A program made the position numbers and the translations under genes. A stretch of DNA of 64,000 nt, taken from contig CAXXRY010000032.1 in assembly GCA_963668335.2 (NCBI GenBank), forward strand, positions 32,442 to 96,441, read 5' to 3'. Shown one piece after another: positions 18,634 through 27,303 of this stretch; positions within the stretch are counted from its first letter, which is position 1; each line of letters begins with the position of its first letter. The stretch is from Aminobacteriaceae bacterium. GTDB lineage: Bacteria; Synergistota; Synergistia; Synergistales; Aminobacteriaceae. Under the pieces are notes generated by a model that worked only from the letters and a program-made list of their open reading frames with translations, ran no database searches and was not told the DNA's origin.

Positions 18634-19977
18634 ATGGGTATAATGACACAGGATGTGCAGAGAGAACAATGGGGTAGCAAGATTGGGTTTATTCTGGCGG
18701 CTGCCGGTTCGGCGGTTGGGCTCGGCAATATCTGGCGGTTCCCGTATATAACGGGACAGTACGGCGGAGCGGCGTTCGTTCTCGTCTATCTTGCGCTTGT
18801 GTTTATCATCGGTTTCTCCGTGATGCTTGCGGAGATGGCGATCGGCAGAAAAGCGCAGTTGAACGCCGTCGGTTCGTTTCAGAAACTGGCTGGAGGACTG
18901 TGGCCTCTCGTCGGCTGGATGGGAGTCGCCGCAGGATTTATCATTCTTTCCTTCTACGGTGTCATCGGCGGCTGGACGATCAAATACTTCATCCATTCCT
19001 TCACAGGGCTTATGGCGGATGCCGCAGCGGGGAAAGCGGGCGACGTGTTCGGCGGATTCGTAACGAACACGATGCAGGTGATTCTCTACCAGGCGGGTTT
19101 CATGCTGATCACGATTTATGTGGTCTACAAGGGCGTCGGCGAGGGAATTGAAAGATACTGCAAAATCCTTATGCCCGCGCTTTTCCTGATCCTGCTCATC
19201 CTCATCGGCCGTTCGGTCACTCTCGAAGGCGCTTCTAAGGGGCTTGAGTTCTACCTGAAGCCCGATTTTTCCAAGATCACCGGGGCTACGATTTCAGCTG
19301 CGCTCGGTCAGGCGTTCTTCTCGCTCTCCCTTGGTATGGGGTGCATGATAACCTACGGAAGCTACGTCGACAGGAATACCGCTCTGCCGGGATCCGCCAT
19401 TCAGGTGTGCGTTCTCGATACCTTGGTTGCGGTTCTTGCAGGTCTTGCGATATTCCCGGCAGTCTTTGCTTTTGGTGTGGACGCCGGCGCAGGCCCCGGA
19501 CTGACTTTCGTCACGTTGCCCTCTGTTTTTGCGAAGATGCCCGGCGCCATGATCTGGTCGGCGCTCTTCTTCCTGCTTCTCTTCATCGCGGCGCTGACTT
19601 CGGCTATCTCCCTTCTTGAAGTTGTCTCGGCCTACTTTATCGACAGAGGCTGGAGCAGACCGCAGGCGGCATTTGTCATGGGGCTGCTTATCTTTGTCCT
19701 TGGGATCCCTTCCGCCATGTCTCTGGCAGGAGCCCCAAAGGTCGCGGGGAAGGACTTCCTGGACGCCATGGACTTCATCTCATCGAACGTTCTGCTCCCG
19801 CTAGGCGGAGTTTTCATCTCCCTTTTCGTCGGTTGGTTCTGGACCTCAGACGCGGAGAGAGAGGTAAACAACGACGGCGAGCTTTCCTTCAGTTTGATGG
19901 GAATCTGGATTTGGATCTGCCGTGTTATCGCTCCCGCAGCTATTCTGTACATCTTCTACACCGGTTTGAAGTGGTAA
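18634..19977 (+). CDS. sodium-dependent transporter, neurotransmitter:sodium symporter (NSS/SNF) family
   Basis: WGSKIGFILAAAGSAVGLGNIWRFPY signature and about 11-12 TM helices. ATG 18643 is an alternative start. Confidence 0.88.
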   Translation: MGIMTQDVQREQWGSKIGFILAAAGSAVGLGNIWRFPYITGQYGGAAFVLVYLALVFIIGFSVMLAEMAIGRKAQLNAVGSFQKLAGGLWPLVGWMGVAAGFIILSFYGVIGGWTIKYFIHSFTGLMADAAAGKAGDVFGGFVTNTMQVILYQAGFMLITIYVVYKGVGEGIERYCKILMPALFLILLILIGRSVTLEGASKGLEFYLKPDFSKITGATISAALGQAFFSLSLGMGCMITYGSYVDRNTALPGSAIQVCVLDTLVAVLAGLAIFPAVFAFGVDAGAGPGLTFVTLPSVFAKMPGAMIWSALFFLLLFIAALTSAISLLEVVSAYFIDRGWSRPQAAFVMGLLIFVLGIPSAMSLAGAPKVAGKDFLDAMDFISSNVLLPLGGVFISLFVGWFWTSDAEREVNNDGELSFSLMGIWIWICRVIAPAAILYIFYTGLKW

Positions 19978-20034
19978 CATCTGCCTTTTAGTAGTAGGAA
20001 AATATCTCCTGGCTCCTGTAGAGTTGTCGGGGAG

Positions 20035-20068
20035 AATGCCGGAATCCAAAGAGATTCCGGCATTTTTT
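20035..20068 (+). terminator. rho-independent terminator after the NSS transporter gene
   Basis: A 12-bp perfect stem, AATGCCGGAATC / GATTCCGGCATT, with a 6-nt loop and a following T-run. Confidence 0.8.
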
Positions 20069-20100
20069 GGCTTTTTTGCTCCGTCTTTCACAAAAAGGAC

Positions 20101-20128
20101 TTGACGCCTTTTTTTCATTGTGTAAAAT
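20101..20128 (+). promoter_or_regulatory. candidate sigma-70 promoter of the grd operon
   Basis: TTGACG (20101-20106) - 16 nt - TAAAAT (20123-20128). It lies about 20 nt upstream of the riboswitch aptamer. Confidence 0.55.
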
Positions 20129-20149
20129 GAAGAGCGTTTCCGGATGAAC

Positions 20150-20240
20150 ACCGCAAGAGAGACTTTCCTGTATTTGCGGAGAGCGCCGAAGGGGCAATAC
20201 CCTTTATAGGGTGGAAACTCTCAGGCGAAAGGATTGCGGT
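20150..20240 (+). promoter_or_regulatory. glycine riboswitch, single aptamer
   Basis: P1 is ACCGCAA (20150-20156) paired with TTGCGGT (20234-20240). Conserved elements follow in canonical order: GAGAG, a CTTTCC...GGAGAG hairpin, CGCCGAAGGGGCAA, a TACCC...AGGGTG hairpin, and GAAACTCTCAGGCGAAAGGA. Confidence 0.8.
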
Positions 20241-20349
20241 CGGACGGGTCTCTGAACAGAATAGCTCCCCTGTTTGTGTTTTTTCTTCCCTTCGGGGCTA
20301 TGCGACAGAGAATGTCTTATCTGTGCTCTACTTTTGAGGAGGCAGCCGG

Positions 20350-20763
20350 ATGTTCTGTCGCAAAATGCTTGTCACGAATAACCCGCTTCTGAATGAACAA
20401 ATCTACTCCTGCGACTTTGTCGAAGGCAATTCCCTTGATGTCCTTATTCGATCAAGAAATCTCATCCACAAAGGGTGGGTTCTTCTTACGCACCCTCTTT
20501 ACGGAAACCTTCGTCCGCATCAACATCCATACCGTTCCATCCTGATGGAACGGGTGTCGGAATCATCCGCTACCGTCGATCCTCTCTCCGTTGAGTATAT
20601 CGAAAACGCCATTGCTATTTATTCCGCACAATCGTCACGAATTCTCTCGGTCGAGGGAATGCCTGAGGATGTGCGTCAGGATTTTTCCTTCATCGATGCG
20701 GATTTGATGAAAGAAAGTCTTTCCCGGTATCGTATGTTCATTCGGGAAGTTCCGGTGAATTGA
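20350..20763 (+). CDS. grdX: GrdX protein (glycine reductase operon-associated)
   Basis: First gene of the grd cluster. VTNNPLL...GNSLDVLIRSRNLIHKGWVLLTHPLYGNLRPHQHPYRSI matches my recollection of the GrdX family. RBS GAGGAGG lies upstream. Confidence 0.7.
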   Translation: MFCRKMLVTNNPLLNEQIYSCDFVEGNSLDVLIRSRNLIHKGWVLLTHPLYGNLRPHQHPYRSILMERVSESSATVDPLSVEYIENAIAIYSAQSSRILSVEGMPEDVRQDFSFIDADLMKESLSRYRMFIREVPVN

Positions 20764-20787
20764 GTCTCTAAAAGGAGGTGAAGAGAA

Positions 20788-21108
20788 ATGGTTGAATTGA
20801 CGAAGGAGAATTTCGACGTTGAAGTCAAGGAGAGCCCACTTCCTGTGCTCGTCGATTTTTGGGGGCCGAAATGCGGACCGTGCATGGCGCTGCTTCCCAA
20901 CGTCCATACCATGGCGGACGAGTATGAGGGCAAAGTAAAATTTTGCTCGGTGGACGTATCGGAAAATCGCCGGGTGGCGATCGCAAACAAGGTCATGGGG
21001 CTCCCTACCTTCCTGTTCTGGAAGGATGGGGCCGAGGTGGCCCGTATCAGCGGTGGAGATGTGACGTTGGAGAAGATCAAGGAGAACGTCGAGGCTCTTT
21101 TGAAGTAG
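20788..21108 (+). CDS. trxA: thioredoxin (grd-associated)
   Basis: 106 aa with a thioredoxin fold. The active site reads FWGPKCGPC, so Lys replaces the usual Trp before CGPC. Confidence 0.88.
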   Translation: MVELTKENFDVEVKESPLPVLVDFWGPKCGPCMALLPNVHTMADEYEGKVKFCSVDVSENRRVAIANKVMGLPTFLFWKDGAEVARISGGDVTLEKIKENVEALLK

Positions 21109-21144
21109 CCTTCGACGCCTGTAAAAGGGGGGAGACAGACAGCC

Positions 21145-22431
21145 ATGAAACTTGAGCTGCACAAGGTAAAAGTAAACAAACTTGCTTGGGGCGATGCGAC
21201 CTTCGCCAAGGGCGGGGTACTCACCGTCAATAAGAAGGAGCTTCTTTCCGTTCTTTCCGGAGACGAGCGTCTTGCGAAAGTGGACGTCGATTTTGCGCTT
21301 CCCGGCGAGAGCGTCCGCATTCTTCCAGTGAAGGACGTCGTGGAGCCTCGATTCAAGATCGAAGGCCCCGGCGGGATTTTTCCGGGTATGATCTCCGATG
21401 TCGATTCCGTAGGCGAGGGCAAAACGCTCGTTCTCTCCGGAGCGGCTGTTGTGACCACTGGTAAGATCGTCCGTTTCCAGGAAGGCATCATCGATATGAA
21501 AGGGCCGGGAGCGGACTATACCCCATATTCGCAAACCTGCAACGTCGTCGTCATCTTGGAAAACGTTGAGGGGATCGAGAAGCACGACTACGAGACGGCA
21601 TGCAGAATGGCGGGTTTGAAGACTGCGGCGTATCTTGCAGAAAAATGCCTCGGCGCTTCGGTCGACGAAGTTGAAACGTATGAAACGCCCTCGCTGAAGG
21701 ACGCTATGCAAGCGCATCCCGGGCTTCCGAAGGTCGCATATCTGTACATGCTCCAGTCGCAGGGGCTCCTTCACGACACGTATCTCTACGGCGTGGACGT
21801 GAAGAAGATCCTTCCCACGTTCCTCAACCCCACCGAGGTTATGGACGGCGCCATCGTCTCAGGAAACTGTGTTTCCGCGTGCGACAAGAACAATACGTAT
21901 GTGCATCAGAACAACCCGATCATCCATAACATGTTCAAAAGACACGGCAAGGATTTCAACTTCCTCGGCTGCATCGTTACCAACGAGAATGTCACCCTCG
22001 CCGACAAGAAGAGAAGCTCCTCATATTCGATCAAGCTGGCGAAGACGCTCGGCGTGGACGGGCTGCTCATCTCGGAGGAGGGCTTCGGCAACCCCGACGC
22101 CGACCTCATCATGAACTGCTGGAAGGCCGAGCGTGCCGGAATAAAGACGACGCTTCTCACCGACGAGTACGCCGGACAGGACGGCGCAAGCCAGTCGCTT
22201 GCCGACTCGTGCCCCGAGGGCGACGCGTGCGTGACCGCAGGAAACGCCAACGAAGTGATTGTGCTGCCTCCTGTGGAGAAGGTCATTGGCGTTCCCGAAG
22301 AGGCCAACGTCATCGCCGGAGGCTGGCAGGGTTCTCTCGCCGCCGACGGGACGATCACAGTGGAACTTCAGGCAATACTTGGTTCCACGAGCGAGCTTGG
22401 TTTCACGAAGCTTGGCGCGTATACCATCTGA
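21145..22431 (+). CDS. grdE: glycine reductase complex protein B, GrdE proprotein (alpha/beta subunits)
   Basis: 428 aa. It contains VSGN-CVSACDK, with Cys at residue 242 (nt 21868-21870). This is the expected Asn-Cys self-cleavage and pyruvoyl-forming site of GrdE proproteins. Confidence 0.9.
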   Translation: MKLELHKVKVNKLAWGDATFAKGGVLTVNKKELLSVLSGDERLAKVDVDFALPGESVRILPVKDVVEPRFKIEGPGGIFPGMISDVDSVGEGKTLVLSGAAVVTTGKIVRFQEGIIDMKGPGADYTPYSQTCNVVVILENVEGIEKHDYETACRMAGLKTAAYLAEKCLGASVDEVETYETPSLKDAMQAHPGLPKVAYLYMLQSQGLLHDTYLYGVDVKKILPTFLNPTEVMDGAIVSGNCVSACDKNNTYVHQNNPIIHNMFKRHGKDFNFLGCIVTNENVTLADKKRSSSYSIKLAKTLGVDGLLISEEGFGNPDADLIMNCWKAERAGIKTTLLTDEYAGQDGASQSLADSCPEGDACVTAGNANEVIVLPPVEKVIGVPEEANVIAGGWQGSLAADGTITVELQAILGSTSELGFTKLGAYTI

Positions 22432-22484
22432 TGTGACCAAACGGGGAATACCCTGGAAAAGTTATGACAAGGAGGTGCAAGAGC

Positions 22485-22961
22485 ATGGGAAAACTGGCAG
22501 GCAAAAAAGTACTTCTCCTCGGTGAACGCGACGGCGTTCCCGGTCCCGCTATGGAAGCATGTCTAAAGAACAGCGGCGCCGATATCGTTTTCTCCGTTAC
22601 CGAATGCTTCGTCTGAACCGCCGCAGGAGCCATGGATCTGCAGAATCAGCAGCGCATCAAGGACGCTGTTGATAAGTACGGCCCGGAAAACGTGGTCGTC
22701 GTTCTGGGATCATCCGATGCCGAAGGCGCAGAAATCTACGCCGAAACGGTGAGCAACGGAGATCCGACGTATGCAGGTCCCTTGGCCGGAGTCCAGTCTG
22801 GACTCGCTGTATATCATGTTTTTGAACAGGAGATTCGGGACGAGTGCGATGCAAGCGCCTGGGAAGAGCAGATCAGCATGATGGAAATGGTGCTGGATCC
22901 CGAAAAACTGTCCGAGGCCGTAAGCGGCATTCGCGGGCAGTTCAGTAAATACACCCTGTAG
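22485..22961 (+). CDS. grdA: glycine reductase complex selenoprotein A (in-frame UGA = Sec at 22614-22616)
   Basis: [60 protein letters not shown].... The two halves are in one frame, joined by a single TGA exactly at the conserved CxxU site. RBS AAGGAGG lies upstream. Confidence 0.92.
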
Positions 22962-22978
22962 GAGGGGAGGTCGTCATC

Positions 22979-24286
22979 GTGACTTACCGGATCATACACT
23001 ATATAAATCAGTTTTACGCCGGAATCGGCGGTGAAGAGAAAGCCGACATAACGCCGGAGATCCGCGAGGGTATTGTGGGGCCCGGACAGGCTCTAAAGGC
23101 CGCTCTCGGCGCCGAAGCCGATATCGTGGCCACTGTCATCTGCGGCGACTCGTATTTCGCCTCGAATATGGAGAAGGCGAGCGAGGAAATTCTCGGTATG
23201 ATGAGCAAGTACAAACCCGACGCAATTGTGGCCGGCCCGGCATTCAACGCGGGACGCTATGGTACTGCGTGCGGCGCTCTCGGCGAAGCCGTCGCGAAGA
23301 AGCTCGGAATTCCGGTCGTCTCCGGAATGTACCCGGAGAACCCGGGTGTCGAGATGTACAAGAAGAGTTTCTACATCGTGGAGACTCCCGACAGCGCCGC
23401 CGGCATGCGGAAGGCTGTTCCCGCGATGGCAAAGCTTGTCCTGAAGCTGCTTAAGGGCGAGAAGCTTGGTACGCCTTCCGAGGAAGGCTACATCGAGCGC
23501 GGTATCAGAAAGAACAAGTTCTTTGAGAAGCTTGCCGCCGAGCGCGCTGTGGACATGTTTGTCTCCAAGCTCAAAGCACAACCCTTCGTTACCGAATACC
23601 CGATGCCGGTCTTCGACCGTGTTGCGCCCAATCCCGCGATCAAGAACATGAAGGATTCGGTCATCGCGCTTGTCACCTCCGGCGGTATCTGCCCGAAGGG
23701 GAACCCTGATCATATCGAGGCCTCCAGTGCGAGCAAGTTCGGCGAGTACGACATCTCCGGCGTCATGGATCTTACATGCGATGCGTATTGCACGGCCCAC
23801 GGCGGTTATGACGCAACGTACGCCGATCAGGATGCGGACCGAGTGCTTCCGGTAGATGTCCTTCGCGATATGGAAAAAGAGGGCGTCTTCAAGAAGTTGC
23901 ATAACAAGTTCTATACCACCGTCGGTAACGGGACTGCCGTGGCCAGTGCAAAGCGTTTTGCCGAAGAAATCGCCAAAAGGCTGATCGCGGACGGAGTGAC
24001 CGCCGTTATCCTCACATCCACCTGAGGCACCTGCACTCGTTGCGGTGCAACGATGGTGAAAGAGATTGAGCGCGCAGGCCTTCCTGTGGTGCACATCTGT
24101 ACTATAGTCCCCATCTCCCTTACGGTAGGAGCGAACAGAATTATCCCCGCAGTTGCAATACCCTATCCTCTCGGCGACCCATCGAGAACAATGGCTGAAG
24201 AAAAAGTAATCCGTCGCCATCTTGTTGAAAAAGCCTTGAAGGCACTTCAAACGGAGATAACGGAACAGACGGTATTTACCGACTGA
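22979..24286 (+). CDS. grdB: glycine reductase complex protein B selenoprotein subunit GrdB (in-frame UGA = Sec at 24023-24025)
   Basis: GTG start (MTYRIIHYINQFYAGIGGEEKAD). ORFs 22979-24025 and 24053-24286 share a frame. The junction reads ILTST-U-GTCTRCGATMVKEIERAGLPVVH, the conserved UxxCxxC motif. Confidence 0.92.
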
Positions 24287-24299
24287 TTCTGTTGCGTAT

Positions 24300-24335
24300 A
24301 CGGCCGGAACCGGGGGGAACTCCGGAACCGGCCGT
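24300..24335 (+). other. GC-rich intercistronic hairpin between grdB and grdC
   Basis: ACGGCCGGAACCGG - ggggaact - CCGGAACCGGCCGT. This gives 8 + 4 bp with an internal AA/AA mismatch. No T-run follows. Confidence 0.5.
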
Positions 24336-24365
24336 GCGAGAAAAGCACAAGGAGGTTGGAACGTC

Positions 24366-25897
24366 ATGGCCACCGTAGGAATCAAAGGATACGCCTACTG
24401 TCTGAATCACGCTCCCGAAACGGGATATCATTACGGAAACACCCCTCATGTCGAGCGAGAAACGAAGGGAGAGACGGAGTTTCTCAAGGAACTGCCCTCA
24501 TATTTGCAGACTTATGAAGATGCCAGGGATTATGCACCCAACCAGGCGTACATCGGTGGTATCTCTCTTGAAAAACTGGAACAGACTCCTCAGCCTTGGT
24601 ACACGAACCGCCTGACCGGTGCGAACCGGTACGGCGCTTATGGTGAAATCATGCCTGAGGACGAGTTCCTCGGCCTTATGGATATATGCGATGTGTTCGA
24701 TATCGTCTGGCTGGAAAAAGGATTTGCCGCCGCCGTTCGGGAGAAGCTCAACGCCAGCCCGGTGATGAGCGAAAAAGTGCTTTCCCGTCTTGAAGCGGGG
24801 CATGAACTTGCCGAGATCGAGGAAGAAGTCGCTCATAAAAAAGGACTCGCTCTCTATTTCGGAGGAAAGGTCGTCGGGTGCGTTCGGAACGGCCATGACG
24901 TCGATGACTGTCTCTTCGCCTATGTGCTTCTTGAGAATCTTGCATGCAAAGCGGGAGGCGTGCTCTCCCTGCTTCATCTGCTCAAGAAGACCGGGATGTC
25001 TCCCGAAGAAGTTGATTTTGTCATTGAATGTTCCGAGGAGGGCGCCGGAGATATGAATCAGAGGGCCGGAGGCAACTTCGCCAAGGCGATCGCGGAAATC
25101 GCCGGATGTGCGAACGCTAGCGGTTGCGACGTGCGGAGCTTCTGTGCCGGTCCTGTGAATGCCATGATTGCCGGCGCTTCCCAAGTTGCCTGCGGCGCCA
25201 GAAAGAACTGCGTTGTACTTGCCGCGGAGCCGTTCCGAAGCTCTTCATGAATGGGCGCGACCATGTGAAGAAGAAGATGCCCGCGCTTGAGGACTGCATG
25301 GGCAATTTTGCCGTATTGCTCGTCCCCGACGACGGAGATCTCCCGGTGATGCGTCTCGATGTCCTCGGCAAACATACGGTAGGCGCAGGTTCCTCCCCCC
25401 AGGCCGTAACCACTGCGCTCATTCTCGATCCACTTGAGAGGGTGGGGCTGTCTTTCCTCGACGTCGACAAATTCGCCGCGGAGATGCACATCAATGAGAT
25501 TACACTTCCTGCAGGCGCGGGCGACGTGCCTCTGGCGAACATCAAGATGACGGCGGCTCTTGCGGTGACGAAGAAGGCCATCGAGAAGGCCGATATGATG
25601 ACCTTCGTCAAGGAACGCGGCGTGCCCGGAATCGCGCATACGCAGGGCCATATTCCGTCCGGTGTCCCTTTCATCGGACATGCCTGCGACGCGATGATCG
25701 CGGGGAAGATGAAGAGAGCGATGATCATAGGCAAGGGAAGTCTCTTCCTCGCTCGTTTGACGAACCTTGCGGACGGCGCTTCTTTCCTTCTCGAGCCACC
25801 GACGGGCAAGAAGAGCGCTGTTTCGGCAGTCTCGAAAGACGATATCAAAGCGCTTCTCCTTGAGGTTCTCTCCGAGCTGTCCGGGAAGCTCGCATAG
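24366..25897 (+). pseudogene. grdC: glycine reductase complex protein C, beta-ketoacyl-synthase-like subunit GrdC; one frame break as sequenced
   Basis: ORF 24366-25250 (...KNCVVLA) continues as GGAVPKLFMNGRDHVKK... in the -1 frame (ORF 25124-25897). The break is at about 25224 and is consistent with one missing G in GCC-GGC-GGA. Confidence 0.85.
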
Positions 25898-25912
25898 CCG
25901 GTGGTGGCCAAG

Positions 25913-27064
25913 ATGTCCGAGATTAAAAAACTCATCGGAGAGGCCCTGGCGGATATCGTAAATGAGGCCCGTACGGGCGGACCCCGCGTTTCCGTGGGGC
26001 TTATGGCGCTGGGCAGCGAACTTGGTGGAGAAGAGCTGGCGCGAGGCGCGATGCTCGCTTCCGAGAATTCCTCACTCATTGAAGTCGTGATGATCGGGCC
26101 GCGGGATACCCGGTTTTGAAAAGCTCTCCTGGATAGAAACCGAGCCGTGTGAGAAGAGAATGTTGCCGCAGCTATGGAAAAGGCGCTCGCCGAGGGGCGC
26201 ATTTCCGGCGCCGTCGCACTGCACTATCCGTTCCCTCTTGGTGTGACGACTATCGGAAGAGTGGTGACACCGGGCAAGGGAAAACCTATGATCATCGCCT
26301 CCTCAACCGGGACTTCCGCAACGGGCAGGGTTGAGGCGATGGTCCGAAACGCCCTCTATGGCGTCGCGACGGCAAAGGCGCTGGGAATCGAAAATCCTTC
26401 GGTCGGAATTCTCAACGTCGACGGGGCGCAGATCGTGCATAAAGCTCTGACCAGATTGAAGGAAAACGGATACTCCCTCTCCTTCGGCGCAAGCGTCCGA
26501 AAAGACGGCGGCGCCGTGCTCCGGGGGAATGACATCCTTGGCCGGAGCGATCGACGTATGCGTTACCGACACCCTCACGGGCAACGTGCTCATGAAGATG
26601 TTCTCTCCTTCACCACGGGCGGATCGTATGAATCGCTTGGCTGGGGGTACGGCCCCTCGGTCGGCGAAGGCTGGAACAGGGTCATTTCGATTATTTCCCG
26701 TGCTTCGGGAGCTCCGGTTATTGCCGGGGCCCTCGAATATACTGCCAAGGTTGTCTCCGGAAGATTACCTGAGAAAACCGCAGCCGAGCTGCTTTCGGCA
26801 AAAAAAGCCGGACTTGCGGAGACTCTTGAGACCCTTACTCCAAAGGCTGCAAGCCAGGAAACAATAACGGCGCCTCCTGCAGAGCCGACGGATGAAGAGG
26901 TCCACGGCGTGGATGTCCTCACTATCGAAGACGGCGTGAAAGCTCTTTGGAAAGAGGGCGTGTATGCTGAATCTTCAATGGGGTGCACTGGTCCCGTAAT
27001 CAAGGTTGCTGCGAAAAATATTCACAAAGCTGAGGATATTCTTCGAAGTAACGGCTACATTTAG
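25913..27064 (+). pseudogene. grdD: glycine reductase complex protein C subunit GrdD; two compensating frame-break pairs as sequenced
   Basis: The conserved sequence is recovered only by frame switching at two places. The first is 26109-26111 / 26154-26155 (..IGPRDTGFEKLSWIETEPCEKENVAAAMEKAL..). The second is 26539-26540 / about 26605 (..GNDILAGAIDVCVTDTLTGNVLMKMFSSFTTGG..). Confidence 0.8.
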
Positions 27065-27070
27065 CTAACA

Positions 27071-27110
27071 AGAGGGAAGAGTACTATCTCTTCTCTTTTC
27101 TATTTTTTTT
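27071..27110 (+). terminator. candidate rho-independent terminator after grdD
   Basis: Imperfect stem AGAGGGAAGAG / CTCTTCTCTT followed by TTCTATTTTTTTT. Confidence 0.5.
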
Positions 27111-27303
27111 CGTACTGTGGTATACTGCTCTTTGAACTCTTGTGGTAATTCTCTCTTCTTTTTTGTGTAGGGGGTGGTCAATGGGTTTTCTCGTTCGAAG
27201 TATCCTTGGTTTTCTTCAGATCCATCCGGAACACCCCTTCAGTTTTTAGGGGAGGAAGCGCTTTTTCTCAACTCTTTATTATGAAAAAGGGGGAATTAGC
27301 AGC

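Noticed and set aside
20100-20349. A tandem (two-aptamer) glycine riboswitch.
   Set aside because: Only one set of the conserved CGCCGAAGG and CTCAGGC cores is present. The flanking 5' and 3' sequence contains no second core.
26117-26152. Two in-frame TGA codons in grdD (26117-26119 and 26150-26152) that could be read as further selenocysteine codons in a Sec-using operon.
   Set aside because: The intervening and flanking peptide is not GrdD-like in that frame. The adjacent frame gives a plausible continuous GrdD sequence (GFEKLSWIETEPCEK). No SECIS-like hairpin follows either TGA. The stops are better explained by a compensating indel pair.
27181-27249. A 22-codon upstream ORF (MGFLVRSILGFLQIHPEHPFSF) with a GGGGGTGG RBS in the leader of the AGCS symporter gene. 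It could be a leader peptide.
   Set aside because: It has no run of regulatory codons (Gly or Ala) and no obvious terminator/antiterminator alternative. At this length a chance ORF is likely.
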